From: Thermoanaerobaculia bacterium
GTDB lineage: Bacteria; Acidobacteriota; Thermoanaerobaculia; Multivoradales; JAGPDF01
Assembly: GCA_963788175.1 (NCBI GenBank)
Contig: CAWBFZ010000008.1
Location: 64,962 to 128,961, forward strand
DNA: 64,000 bases
Direction: 5' to 3'
Under the pieces are notes generated by a model. The model did no database searches. It had not been told where the DNA came from and saw only the letters and a list, made by a program, of their open reading frames with translations. Made by a program: the position numbers and the translations under genes. Every line of letters begins with the position of its first letter. The stretch's first letter is position 1. This document shows positions 1 to 10,481 of the stretch, one piece after another.

Positions 1-478
1 GCAGATCCTGGAGACGAAAGACGCCGCGCAGCAGTCGGTCCTCGCGCAGCGGCTGGCCCGAGCGCTGGGGCAGGGCCGCGAGCAGGCGGGTCTTCTTGAT
101 GCCGAGATCGCCCGCCACCTCGACCGCGGTGATCTGCACGTCGGTCCACAGCGCGACGACCGCGACGACGCCGTCCGCCATCCCTGCAGCCACCGGACGG
201 GCGTAGATCTCCACCTCCGAGGCGACTCCCGAGTAGCGCAGGCTCCGGAGGGTGCGCCGCGTCCGGGCGTCGTCCATCGGTTCGCCGATCGCCAGCGAGA
301 TCAACTGCCGCACCTCCTCGACGTCGACCGGCGCATCGCTGCGGATCTCGAGCGCCCGGACGATCGCCGCCTGGGCCGGCGGAGCGACCGGAGCGAGCGC
401 GGACGCCGGAGCCGCGGGCAGCGCCACCAACGCCCACCCGCAGAGCGCTCCCCGCCGCGCCCAACCACGCGCCGGCAT
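1..478 (-). CDS. BamA/TamA-family outer-membrane protein, N-terminal part (signal peptide plus POTRA-like region); the 3' end lies outside the window
   Basis: Absent from the ORF track because there is no stop in the window. Manual minus-strand translation from the ATG at 476-478 gives MPARGWARRGALCGWALVALPAAPASALAPVAPPAQAAIVRALEIRSDAPVDVEEVRQLISLAIGEPMDD... This is a signal-peptide-like N-terminus followed by a POTRA-like pattern. The start overlaps the stop of the upstream tamB-like gene (ATGA). Confidence 0.55.
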   Translation of the reverse strand, partial: MPARGWARRGALCGWALVALPAAPASALAPVAPPAQAAIVRALEIRSDAPVDVEEVRQLISLAIGEPMDDARTRRTLRSLRYSGVASEVEIYARPVAAGMADGVVAVVALWTDVQITAVEVAGDLGIKKTRLLAALPQRSGQPLREDRLLRGVFRLQDL

Positions 479-3400
479 CAGAACCGCTTCTCCCAGCGCG
501 CATCGACGGCGTAGGACTCGTCGCCGTTCTGGGTCAGGACCAGCGTCAGATCTTCCGCCAGCTTCCACTCCACCTGCAGGACCTGCTGCGCCGTCGACGA
601 CGGGTCGACCGAGTAGGTCAGGTAGACGCGGCTCGACAGGCGCTTGCCGACCGTCACGCGCGCCGCCGAGATGCTGTCTCCGCTGGCCAGCGGGTCGACC
701 TTCAGGCGGTCGATGCCGAAGAGCTTGCCGACCCGCGCGCTCACCAACGAAGCCGCCTGCCCGTAGAGCAGGGTCTCCGCCGCCATGCCCGGCGCCGCCC
801 CGGTCTGCGCCGTCTCGGAGAGGTCGGCGAGCCCGCTGGGGGTGCCGGTCGCCAGCAGCGAGAGCACATCGTAGTCGGGCAGCGGCGGGTCGGAGCCCAG
901 CGTCGTCGTCGGCCGGGCAAGCGACCCGAGGACGCTCAAGGTGACCTGGTACTCGTTGATCTTCGTCCGCGCCACGACGTCGAGCAGCGGTTCGATGCGC
1001 GCCGGATTCGCGAAGGTCACGATCGCGCGGTCGAGGTTGTAGGTCGATCCGTTGTATTCGATCGTGCCTCCGGGATCGGTCGTCACCTCGCCGAACAGCA
1101 CCGGATTGGCGAGCGATCCGCGCAGCGCGAGACTGGCGCTGCCGGTGAGCTTGGCCAGGTTGTTGCGCACCCGCACCGATTGCAGCGCGACGATGGAGAT
1201 ATTGAGGTAGGTCGTGCCGAGAAACTCGTCGGCCTCCTCGACCTGGACGCGGGTGCGCGACAGCACGCGCTCGGCGAGCTGGCGCGGGGCGAGGTTGATG
1301 TCCTGGAGATAGTAGACGCGGTCGAGCGCCAGGGAGCCGGACAGCTGCCGCCCTTCGGCCGTCGACTGCAGGGTGAAGTCGCCGTCGCCGCGCACCAGCC
1401 AGCCTTCGGGGTAGCGCAGGGCGTTGCGCCGCGTCGCGATCTGGGCGCGATAGGCCAGCGGCTTCGCCGCTGTGGCGAGGTCGAGCCGGCCGTTGGCCAC
1501 GACGGTGCCGCCCGCGAGATCGGCGCGCAAGTGGTCGAGCACCACGGCGTCGGGATAGAGCAGCACCAGGCCTTCGATGCGGTCGAAACTGTGCGGAAAG
1601 CGGACCGGAATGTAACGCGCCCCGTGCAGATCCGCCTGGCCGTTGAATTCCGGCTGCGCCACCGTCCCCTTGACCGTGGTCAGCACGTCCACCGCGCCGG
1701 TCAGGTCGATGCCGGCGAACGGCTCGAGCCAGTCGACCGAGATCGCGGCCTGCAGTTGCAGGTCGAGCTCCGGCTCCACCGGCGCGAGGTCGATGGTGCC
1801 GGAGAGGAAGAGCTCGTCGGCGGTCCCCTGCTCGCCGAGATAGAGCGATTCGATCGCGAGCTCCGAGCCCGCATAGCGGACCACCACCGGTTCGAGCGGC
1901 TGCAGCCGGTGCTGCTCGTAGGCCAGCTCGAGCTCGGGAATGCGCAGCGTCAGCGTGGCCGGCGTGCCGGCCGCGAATCGCACCTCGAGATCGGCGGCCA
2001 GACTTCCCGCCACGGTTGCGATGGCTGAGATTGCTGAGCTTGCTGAGCTGGCTGAGCTGGCTGCGATCGGCTGCCCGACGGCCATGGCGATCAGCCGGTC
2101 GAGCCGGTCGCTCGTCAGGCGGAAGCGCAGCTCCGCGCGCTCGCCGGCAACGAACGCGCCGCCGCCAGCGAGCGCGCCGAGTCCCGGCAGGTCGAGGGTC
2201 GCCCGGAGCTCGCGGTCGGCGAGCTCGGCATGCAGCTCGCCGGCGAAACGCACCGGCGGCGTTTCGACGACACCGGGAGTTGCCGGCCGCGCGCCCGTGC
2301 CGATGCCCTGGCCGGGGAGCTCGAGATCGGCGAGGCTGGCGTCGACGACGAGGCGCGGCTCGGCGAGCGTGCCGGTAAGCAGCGCCGTAAGTGCCGCCTG
2401 GCCGCTCAGCCGTCCTCCGGTGAGCTCCTGCCAGGGCGCGGCGGCAAGATCGAGGCGCTCGGCGGCGAGATCGAAACGCAAGGCCTCGTCGGCGAAGCGG
2501 AGCTCTCCGCGGCCCGCGAGAAGTCCGCTGGGCGCCTGCAGCTGCAGGCGATGCACGCGCATGCGGTCGGTATCCCAGTCGAGATCGGTCTCGAGCCGGT
2601 CGAAGTCGACGCCGGCGACCGCCACCGGGGCGACCACGCCGTGCATCTCGCCCGTCATGTCGTCGACCGATCCGCCCAGACGGAGACTCCCGGTCGCCGC
2701 GCCGGCGAGCGGCAGCGGAGCCGGCAGCCAGGGCATCGCCTCGGCCACCGGCCAGGCCCGGAAATCGATGACGAGGGCGAGCGGCGGGGTCGGCGGGGTC
2801 GCGGCGAGCGGCACGAAGCCGGTGACGCGCAGCGCGGCCGCGTCGCGGGTGAGCTCGATGGCGAGCTCGCTCACCGCCCGCTCGTCGAGAGTGAGGTTGC
2901 CGGTGGCGCGCGCCGCCGAGCCGCCCGGGGCGTGAACATCGGCGAGATCGAGCGCCAGCTGCACGGTCGTCGCGGGACCGGCCAGGGCGATCTCTGCGGT
3001 CAGCCCGCCGTGGCCCGCGTCCGGCAGCCAGAGCGGCCACGGCACGGTCTCGACGAACGGCTGCAGGCGGGCGACTTGCCCCAGGTCAGCGCTCGCGACC
3101 TCGACGACGAGCTCGCCCTTCTTGCCCACCAGGTCGTAGGCACCGCGCAGGGCGACCTGCTGCGACTTCGAAGCGAGCTCGACCTCCTGCAGCTCGAGCC
3201 GCCCTTCGACCATCCGCAGAACCGCCGTGCCGTCCACCGGCAGCGCTCCCGCGACCGCGCGGCGGCAACGCACGCAAGGCGAAGGACGCCGAGCCCACGC
3301 CCCGCCGGGCGTCGTTCAGCGGAAACTCGTAGGCGAGCTCGCCATGCGCCGAGGCCGAGAACGCCGGGGCCGGAAGGTCGAGCGCCTGAAGCACCTGCTG

Positions 3401-4489
3401 CAGGTGCGGTCCGTCGGCCTGGAGCGCGAGCCGCGCGAAGGGTCCGGGCCGTTCGAAGTCGACGTCGAAAGTACCCGCGACCGGGCCGCCGGCGAAGACC
3501 GCCCGTTCGAGCGCCAGCCCGAGGCTCGAGATGCGCGGTCCGCCACTCGTCACCTGGCCCGCGAGCTCGTCGAGGTGAAAGCCGAAGAGATCGACGCCGG
3601 GGGAGGTGAGCCGGCCGTCGAGCCCGATCTCCTTGTGCAGGAAGTGGACGCCGCCCTCGAAGTGGAGGGGTCCGGCGATCTCGCCCGAGAGGTAGCCGAG
3701 GTCGTCGAGGAATCGTCCCTGCGTGTCGATGACGCCGTGAATCTCGCCGTTGGTGCCGCCGCGCCAGCCGACATATCCGGCGACGCGGGCATCGAGAACC
3801 GGCGCCCGCAGGCGCGCCTGCAGGATCTCCACCCGGTCGTCGCGCAGGCGTACCTTCGCCGTCAGCATGGAGCCCCAGGGCAGCGCCTTCGGCAGGGTCG
3901 TGACGACCTCCTGCGCCGTCACGGCGCCCTGCAGCTCGGTCCCTCCGATCCCGGAGAGCCGCACCAGGAGAGCGCGCGCGGAGACGTTCAGGGGCACCCG
4001 CTGGTCGGCGAGCTCGAACTCCCCGTCCTCGACGAACAGCCCGCCGATCCGCAGGGTGAACCGGCTGTCGCCGCCCCCCTTGGCGATCTCGGGCAGATTG
4101 TCGCGCCCGTCGGGATAGAGCTCGAGGTGAAGCCGCACGCCCTGTGCGGAGACGGTCTGCAGATCGATGAGGTCGTGCCGCAGCGCGTCGAGATCGGCAT
4201 CCACCCGGAGCCGGTGGACGGAGAGCAGGACCGGATCCTCCGGGCGCGGACCGGAGATCGAGAGATCCTCGATCCTGAGGGCGAAGGGGAGGAGCTCGAA
4301 GTCGAGCCGCCCGAGCCGGACCTCGCGATGCAGGATCTGCGCAAGCTGCTGCTCGAGGCGAGCCGCGAGCCGCTCGCGGACGAACCCGGAGGCCAGAAAA
4401 GCGTTCAGGCAGAGCAGGACGAAGGCACCTGCGGCGAGCGACCAGAAGAACGGGCGGACGACCCAGCGGCGAATCCGCAGCCAGACCAC
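478..4489 (-). pseudogene. tamB: TamB/AsmA-family translocation-and-assembly protein, split by one frame disruption (pseudogene or assembly indel)
   Basis: Fragment 3086..4489 carries the N-terminal membrane anchor MVWLRIRRWVVRPFFWSLAAGAFVLLCLNAF. Fragment 478..3273 ends ...LTQNGDESYAVDARWEKRF, a DUF490/TamB-type terminus. The two fragments overlap in different frames, and the sensible reading switches near 3255-3275. Confidence 0.75.
2024..2068. repeat. 9-bp tandem repeat x5 (gctgagNtN) inside tamB, encoding a Ser/Ala-rich tract (AASSASSASSAISAIA)
   Basis: Read directly: gctgagatt gctgagctt gctgagctg gctgagctg gctgcgatc. Confidence 0.8.
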
Positions 4490-4495
4490 GAGCCG

Positions 4496-5383
4496 CTACT
4501 CTCCCCAGTGCAGCTTGTTGCGCAAGCCTTCGAAGATCGAGCTGCGTTCGCCGGTGCGCACCAGATAGGCGGGCTGCGCGGCGCGCGTCACGCGCACGCG
4601 GTCGCCGAAGCTGATCTCGCCGCCCTCCTGGCCGTCGACGGTGAGGTAGACACGATCGGCGCGCGACTCGGGAGCATCCTCACGCGCCTCGATCCCGACC
4701 TCGATGACGCTCGTGTCCGGGACCACCAGCGGCCGGAGGGTGAGCGTGTGCGGACAGATCGGGGTGAGGACCGAGACCGGCAGCAGCGGGTGCAGGATCG
4801 GCCCGCCGGCCGAGAGGTTGTAGGCGGTCGAACCGGTCGGCGTCGACACCACCAGGCCATCGGCGCGGTAGCGCGCCACCAGCCGGCCGTCGACGGTGAG
4901 GAGCAGCTCGATCATGCGCGACAGCGCGCTCTTGGCCAGCACGACGTCGTTCAGGGCGCGGAAGGTGAAACGCTCGCCGTCCTCCTTCGTCTGCTCCACT
5001 TCGAGCAGCGAGCGCGGCTCGAGCGCGTATCGCCCGGCCAGGACCTCGACGAGCGCCGGGTAGAGCTCGGCGCGCGCCACCTCGGTGAGGAATCCCAGGT
5101 GTCCGAGATTCACCCCCAGGATCGGCGGGCCGCCGGCCGCCTTGCGGGCCACGGAGAGGAGCGTCCCGTCTCCACCGAGGACGACCACGAGGTCGCAGCG
5201 CACCCCGGAGGCGAGCGGCCCGTCCCCCGCCGCGCCGCATTCGCGGGCAGTGCCGGGCTCGACGAGCACTTCGAGTCCGCGCCGGTCCAGCCAGTCGATC
5301 AACTCGCGGGCGACGCCCGCAGCGTCTGCGCTCGCAGACTTCGCCACCACTCCCACCCGGCGTGCTCCACGCGGTTCGATCAT
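4496..5383 (-). CDS. nadK: NAD kinase
   Basis: Within ORF 4496..5905, from the internal ATG at 5383: MIEPRGARRVGVVAK...DLVVVLGGDGTLL...GHLGFLT...DGLVVSTPTGSTAYNLSAGGPI. These are GGDGT and NAD-kinase signature contexts. The start overlaps the tlyA stop (ATGA). Confidence 0.9.
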   Translation of the reverse strand: MIEPRGARRVGVVAKSASADAAGVARELIDWLDRRGLEVLVEPGTARECGAAGDGPLASGVRCDLVVVLGGDGTLLSVARKAAGGPPILGVNLGHLGFLTEVARAELYPALVEVLAGRYALEPRSLLEVEQTKEDGERFTFRALNDVVLAKSALSRMIELLLTVDGRLVARYRADGLVVSTPTGSTAYNLSAGGPILHPLLPVSVLTPICPHTLTLRPLVVPDTSVIEVGIEAREDAPESRADRVYLTVDGQEGGEISFGDRVRVTRAAQPAYLVRTGERSSIFEGLRNKLHWGE

Positions 5384-6144
5384 GCGGTCCCCCCGGCGGC
5401 CGGCGGCAAGTTTACGGACGATGGCTTGCGCAGCAGGGCAAAGGCTTCGCGGTTGCCCTCGGCGCCGGTGACCGGTGAGTCGTAGGTCCCGACGAGCTCG
5501 AGCCCGAGGGCCGCGAGCTCGCGGGCGCGGAGCTCGATCGTCGACTGACGGAGAGACTCGTCGCGCACCAGACCTCCCTTGCCGACCCCGCTGCGGCCGA
5601 CCTCGAACTGCGGCTTGATCAGGGGCAGCAGCAGCCCTCCCGCGGCAAGGTGCGGCAACAGCGCCGGCACGACCTTGCCCAGAGAGATGAAGGATACGTC
5701 GACGACGACGAGATCGAACGGCCGGTCGAAGGCGTCCGCGGCGAGATAGCGCGCGTTCTCGCGCTCGCGCACCACGACCCGCGGGTCGTTGCGCACCTTG
5801 AGATCGAGCAGGCCGTAGCCGACGTCGAGGGCGGTGATGTGCACCGCGCCGCGCTGCAGGAGACAGTCGCTGAAACCGCCGGTCGAGGCGCCGACGTCGA
5901 GGCAACGCCGGCCGGCGGGATCGACTGCGAAATGGTCGAGAGCGGCGGCGAGCTTGCCTCCGGCGCGCGAGACGTAGGGCTCGGCCGTCCCCGTCAGCTC
6001 GAGCCGGACATCCTCCCGCATCGGACTGCCCGGCTTGTCCACCCGCACGCCGTTGACCTGCACCTGACCGGCCATCACCGCGCGCCGGGCCTTCTCGCGG
6101 GTGGCGAAATGACCGCGCTCAACCAGTAACTGGTCGAGACGCAC
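5380..6144 (-). CDS. tlyA: TlyA-family rRNA 2'-O-methyltransferase (hemolysin A-like), S4 plus FtsJ domains
   Basis: Lies in ORF 5380..6264. (V)RLDQLLVERGHFATREKARRAVMAGQVQVNG is S4-like. LDVGASTGGFSDCLLQRGA is a SAM-binding motif. The start is chosen at the GTG at 6144 to give the family-typical MRLD N-terminus; alternatives are 6153 and 6264. Confidence 0.85.
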   Translation of the reverse strand: MRLDQLLVERGHFATREKARRAVMAGQVQVNGVRVDKPGSPMREDVRLELTGTAEPYVSRAGGKLAAALDHFAVDPAGRRCLDVGASTGGFSDCLLQRGAVHITALDVGYGLLDLKVRNDPRVVVRERENARYLAADAFDRPFDLVVVDVSFISLGKVVPALLPHLAAGGLLLPLIKPQFEVGRSGVGKGGLVRDESLRQSTIELRARELAALGLELVGTYDSPVTGAEGNREAFALLRKPSSVNLPPAAGGTA

Positions 6145-8176
6145 CGCCGACACCCCTCGTTCCAGTCGTTCCTGTCGTTCCCGTCGTTCCGGTCGTTGCC
6201 GACGACTCGGCGCCGCCGCCCTTCGAGCTCGCGGCATCGAGCGGCCCGTCGCCTTCCGCGCCACGCCGTTCGCGCGCGCCCGCCGTCCGGGCGAAGAAGC
6301 TGCGGAAGCGGAAATAGAGGCCCTCGGCGTCGAGGCCGAGGATCTTGCGCAGGACCTCCTGCGAGCCGTGGGGCACGAACTTGTCCGGAACTCCGATGGC
6401 GAGAGTCGTGACCGCGAAGAGCTCCATTTCGGAGAGCGCCTCGAGGACCGCGCTGCCGAAGCCGCCGGCGAGCGAATGCTCCTCGACGGTCGCCAGACGG
6501 GCGCCGCCTTCGAGCTCGCCGAACTGCTCGATCTGCAGCGCCAGCAGCTCGCGGTCGAGGGGCTTCACGAAGCGCGCGTTCACCAGCGTGATCTCGATGC
6601 CCTCCTTCGCCAGCCTCTCGATCGCTTCGAGGGCGGGATAGACCGTCGAGCCGATCGCCCAGACCAGCCCGTGCCGCCCGCGGCGCAGGACCTCCGCCTT
6701 GCCGATCGGTAGCTGACGGAACTCGGCGTCGAGCGGCACGCCGATGCCGTTGCCGCGCGGATAGCGCACCGCCGTCGGATGCGGCTGCTCGACCGCGGTC
6801 GCCAGCATGTGCTGGAGCTCGTTCTCGTCCTTCGGCGCCATCACGATGGTGTTCGGGAAGATGCGGAAGAAGGCGTAGTCGAACAGCCCGTGGTGCGTCC
6901 AGCCGTCGTTGCCGGCGATGCCGCCGCGATCGAGCGCGAAGGTGACCGGCAGGTCCATGAGACAGACGTCATGGAAGATCTGGTCGAAACCGCGCTGCAG
7001 GAAGGTCGAATAGATCGCCACGATCGGCCGCATGCCGCCGAGGGCGAGGCCGCCGGCGAGGGTCACCGAATGCTGCTCGGCAATGCCGGTGTTCAGGAAG
7101 CGATCGGGGAACTGCTCGGCGAACGGAATCAGGCCGGTGCCGTCGGGCATCGAGGCGGTGATCGCGACGATGCGCGGATCGTGCTCGGCGAGCCGGATGG
7201 CCGTCTTGCCGAAAACGGCGGTGTAGGAGGGCGCCGCCCCGGGCTTCCCCTTCTGGATCCCGGCGACGGGATCGAACGGCGAGGGGCCGTGGTACTCGAC
7301 CGGTTCGTCCTCGGCGTACTTGTAGCCCTTGCCCTTCTGGGTGATGGCGTGCAGCAGCACCGGGCCGTCGATCTCCTTGGCGCTCTCGATCGCCTCGAGC
7401 AGGGCGGGTATGGAGTGCCCGTTCACCGGACCGATGTAGCGGAAGCCCAGCTCTTCGAAGAGCGTCCCTGGCGTGAAGACCTGGCGCAGTCCCTCCTCCA
7501 GGCCCTTCGCCACCTCGACCATCGGGTCGCCGATGCCCGGGATCTTGTGCAGGACTTTCTTGATGTCGTCCTTCAGCTTGGCGTAGTGACGCCCGGCCAT
7601 CAGCGCTTCGAGATACTTGGTGAGCGCGCCGACCGAAGGCGAGATCGACATCGAGTTGTCGTTCAGGATGACGATCATCTTGGTGCCGAGGTGGCCGGCC
7701 TGGTTCATCGCCTCGAACGCCATGCCGGCGGTCATCGAGCCGTCGCCGATCACCGCGACGACCTGATGCGACTCATGGCGCAGGTCGCGCGCCACGGCGA
7801 GGCCGAGCGCGGCGGAGATCGAAGTCGACGCATGGCCCGCGGCGACGACGTCGTACTCCGACTCGCTGCGCATGCAGAAGCCGGAGAGCCCGCCGAACTG
7901 CCGCAGCGTCGCCATGCGGTCGCGCCGCCCGGTGAGGATCTTGTGCGGGTAGGTCTGGTGCCCGACGTCCCAGACCAGCAGGTCGCGCGGGGTGTCGAAC
8001 AGATAGTGCAGCGCGATCGTCAGTTCGACCGTGCCGAGATTCGAAGAGAAGTGGCCGCCGGTCTCCGAGACCGCGCTGACGATCTCGTCGCGCAGGCAGT
8101 CGGCGAGCTGCGGCAGCTCTTCACGGGAGAGCCGCCGGAGCTCGTGCGGGTTGGAGACGCGATCCAGTAGGTTCAT
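6119..8176 (-). CDS. dxs: 1-deoxy-D-xylulose-5-phosphate synthase, with a roughly 45-aa low-complexity C-terminal extension
   Basis: ORF 6119..8176 reads MNLLDRVSNPHELRRLSREELPQLADCLRDEIVSAVSETGGHFSSNLGTVELTIALHYLFDTPRDLLVWDVGHQTYPHKILTGRR... and is DXS-like along its full length. Confidence 0.95.
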   Translation of the reverse strand: MNLLDRVSNPHELRRLSREELPQLADCLRDEIVSAVSETGGHFSSNLGTVELTIALHYLFDTPRDLLVWDVGHQTYPHKILTGRRDRMATLRQFGGLSGFCMRSESEYDVVAAGHASTSISAALGLAVARDLRHESHQVVAVIGDGSMTAGMAFEAMNQAGHLGTKMIVILNDNSMSISPSVGALTKYLEALMAGRHYAKLKDDIKKVLHKIPGIGDPMVEVAKGLEEGLRQVFTPGTLFEELGFRYIGPVNGHSIPALLEAIESAKEIDGPVLLHAITQKGKGYKYAEDEPVEYHGPSPFDPVAGIQKGKPGAAPSYTAVFGKTAIRLAEHDPRIVAITASMPDGTGLIPFAEQFPDRFLNTGIAEQHSVTLAGGLALGGMRPIVAIYSTFLQRGFDQIFHDVCLMDLPVTFALDRGGIAGNDGWTHHGLFDYAFFRIFPNTIVMAPKDENELQHMLATAVEQPHPTAVRYPRGNGIGVPLDAEFRQLPIGKAEVLRRGRHGLVWAIGSTVYPALEAIERLAKEGIEITLVNARFVKPLDRELLALQIEQFGELEGGARLATVEEHSLAGGFGSAVLEALSEMELFAVTTLAIGVPDKFVPHGSQEVLRKILGLDAEGLYFRFRSFFARTAGARERRGAEGDGPLDAASSKGGGAESSATTGTTGTTGTTGTRGVGGASRPVTG
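6157..6201. repeat. 9-bp tandem repeat x5 (tcgttccNg) in the dxs 3' tail and tlyA leader
   Basis: Units are tcgttccAg tcgttccTg tcgttccCg tcgttccGg tcgttgccg. The variable base is the wobble position of Thr codons in the dxs frame, giving (TTG)4. Confidence 0.85.
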
Positions 8177-8238
8177 GAGATCTCCGGGATGGATCTGGAA
8201 TCGACTCCGGACGAGCTGCCCGGGAGCTCCGGGAAGCC

Positions 8239-9165
8239 TCAGTAGCCGCGGTGGTCGAGGAACGCGATCAGCTGCTCCCAGCTCTCGCGTTCGCGCGGCA
8301 AGTCGGCAATCCGGTCCATCGCTTCCTGACCGAGTTCCTTCAGGCGCTCGCGGCTCCGGTCGAGCCCATGGAGCGCGGGATAGGTGAGCTTGCTCGCGGC
8401 GGCGTCCTTTCCAGGCGTCTTGCCGAGGGCGGAAGCGCTCCCTTCGACGTCGAGAATATCATCGCGGATCTGGAACAGGAGTCCGACGGTTCCACCTAAG
8501 TCGCGCAGAATCAGATCTTCCGCCGGAGAGACCGCGGCATAGACGCCGCCCAGCCGGAGGCTGGCGGTGAGCAGGGCGCCGGTCTTGCCGCGATGGATCC
8601 GGTCGAGCGCCGCCGCTGCAGCTCCAGGGCCTGCCGGCCAGCCCGACTCGGCCGCGAGATCTTCTGCCTGCCCGCCGATCATCCCGCCGGTGCCGATCGC
8701 CCGCCCGACCAGGGCGACGGCGCCCGCCCGCAGCTCTCCCGCAAGCGCCTCCGGATGCTCGGCGAGCACCGTCAGGCCGAGGGTGAGCAGCGCGTCGCCG
8801 GCCAGGATCGCGGTGGCCTCGTCGAACCGCCTGTGCAACGTCGGCTGGCCGCGGCGCAGGTCGTCGTTGTCGAGCGCCGGCAGATCGTCGTGGATCAGGC
8901 TGTAGGTGTGCACCATCTCGACCGCCGCGGCGCCGGCGAGAAGGTCGGCGGTCACCGCCCCGAAGGTCCTGCCGGCGAGCAGCACCAGCGCCGGCCGCAG
9001 CCGTTTGCCGCCGGCGAAGACGCTGTAGCGCATCGCCTCGTGCAAGCGCGCCGGCGGCTGGCCCGCCGCCGGCAGCAGGCGTTCGAGCTCGCCGTCGACC
9101 TTCGCGCGCGCCTCGGCGAGCAGGCGGGTGAAAGCGTTCACTCCCGGGCTGGCGCCAGCGCTCAT
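8239..9165 (-). CDS. ispA: Polyprenyl (farnesyl/geranylgeranyl) diphosphate synthase
   Basis: C-terminal 308 codons of ORF 8239..10959, from MSAGASPGVNAF... Both aspartate-rich motifs are present: LIHDDLPALDNDDLRRG and FQIRDDILD. It sits directly upstream of dxs, the classical ispA-dxs arrangement. Confidence 0.9.
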   Translation of the reverse strand: MSAGASPGVNAFTRLLAEARAKVDGELERLLPAAGQPPARLHEAMRYSVFAGGKRLRPALVLLAGRTFGAVTADLLAGAAAVEMVHTYSLIHDDLPALDNDDLRRGQPTLHRRFDEATAILAGDALLTLGLTVLAEHPEALAGELRAGAVALVGRAIGTGGMIGGQAEDLAAESGWPAGPGAAAAALDRIHRGKTGALLTASLRLGGVYAAVSPAEDLILRDLGGTVGLLFQIRDDILDVEGSASALGKTPGKDAAASKLTYPALHGLDRSRERLKELGQEAMDRIADLPRERESWEQLIAFLDHRGY

Positions 9166-10460
9166 CGGCTCGCCGCCGGCGCCACCGCCGCCATCGCGCC
9201 CGCAGGTTCCGCGGGCACCCTGGCCTGCGGCGGCCCGATCTCGAGGCAGAACGGTGCCGCCAGCAGCAGCAGCGCGACGCGCTGGACCTCGACGTCGCCC
9301 CAGTTGTGCTCGAACAGCCCGGCGACCGAGAAGGCGAGGAGAGCCGCCGTCACGCCCAGCCAGAGGTCGGCCCGCGAGGCGGACGTTTCGCCGCCGAGCT
9401 CCGACCGATAGCCGCGCCAGGCGCGCGCCAGTGCCACCGCGAGGAGCGCCAGATAGCTCGCCAGCGCCGGCAGTCCGCGCTCGGCGGCGAGCTCGGCGTA
9501 GCTGTCGTGCAGATGCGGCACGTTGAGGCGCGAAGCGCTGGCATGGCGGTAGATCGGGTAGAGGCGCTCGACCATGTTCGGGCCGATGCCGAACAGGGGG
9601 TGTTCCGCCACCATTCGCGCGCCGGCCTCGAGCATGCAGAGACGATCGTAGCTCGACTCGTCCGAGAGGTTGGTGACCGACAGGGCGCGCGCCAGGACCG
9701 GAACCGGGGCGAAGACGACGAAGGCGAGCGCCGCCGGCAGCGCCCAGAACAGCAGCCGGCGACGGCGCATCCAGAGCAGCCAGCCGCCGCCGACCAGGAG
9801 TCCCAGCCAGGCGTTGCGGGTCAGCGAGCCGACCAAGGCCACGTTGATCATGGCGAGCGCCGTCCAGGCGAGCCACGGCCGCCCGAAGAACCCCTTCCAG
9901 CCCGGCTCCGCGAGCGCCGCGGCCGGCGGCCGGAACATCAGCCGGGCGACGAGCAGGAGGTCGACCAGCAGCAGGATCCCCGAGAAGGTCATGACGTGCG
10001 GAAACGGTCCGCGGATACGGCGGTCGAGGTCGCCGAATCCGAGCCAGAACTGACCCAGTCCAACGAGGGCCGCCAGGGTCGCGGCGAGGATCGCGGCATC
10101 GAACAGGGAGCGCAACCGGCGTTCGCCGGCAATCGAACCGACGGCCAGCGGCAGCGCGGCGAGGGTGAAGAGCTCGCGCAGCCCGTCGACGCTGGTGGCG
10201 GGATCCTGTGAGAAGACCACCGCGACGAGCAGCAGGCCGGCATAGACCAGGGCTGCGACGAGCAGCGGCCGGGCACGGCGGAACGCCGGGTCCGCCGGCT
10301 CGCGGAACGCCGGGTAGACCAGGAGGGCGATGCCGAGCGCGACGTTCGAGAGGGCGATGCCGAAAAGCGTCAGCAGATGCAACGCGTAGAGGCCGAAGCG
10401 CAACCTCTCGCGCGTCGCCGCGTTCCAGGAGGCGAGCCGGAGCGGAGCAGGAAACCCCAC
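9162..10460 (-). CDS. O-antigen ligase / Wzy-like polytopic membrane protein
   Basis: ORF 9162..10460 has many predicted TM helices and a loop SLTRNAWLGLLVGGGWLLW typical of the O-antigen ligase/polymerase family. The stop overlaps the ispA start (ATGA). Confidence 0.6.
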   Translation of the reverse strand: MGFPAPLRLASWNAATRERLRFGLYALHLLTLFGIALSNVALGIALLVYPAFREPADPAFRRARPLLVAALVYAGLLLVAVVFSQDPATSVDGLRELFTLAALPLAVGSIAGERRLRSLFDAAILAATLAALVGLGQFWLGFGDLDRRIRGPFPHVMTFSGILLLVDLLLVARLMFRPPAAALAEPGWKGFFGRPWLAWTALAMINVALVGSLTRNAWLGLLVGGGWLLWMRRRRLLFWALPAALAFVVFAPVPVLARALSVTNLSDESSYDRLCMLEAGARMVAEHPLFGIGPNMVERLYPIYRHASASRLNVPHLHDSYAELAAERGLPALASYLALLAVALARAWRGYRSELGGETSASRADLWLGVTAALLAFSVAGLFEHNWGDVEVQRVALLLLAAPFCLEIGPPQARVPAEPAGAMAAVAPAASR

Positions 10461-10481
10461 GAAGGTAGGCGAGCCGGCGGC

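Noticed and set aside
3227-5485. Very long ORFs antisense to or out of frame with recognised genes. Examples are 3227..5485 (752 aa), 2230..3609, 10730..11932, 12627..13976, 19802..21316 and 21345..22919.
   Set aside because: These are typical shadow ORFs of very GC-rich DNA. Their translations are Arg/Ala/Gly/Pro-rich low-complexity sequence with no family features, and each overlaps a gene with a clear family signature in another frame.
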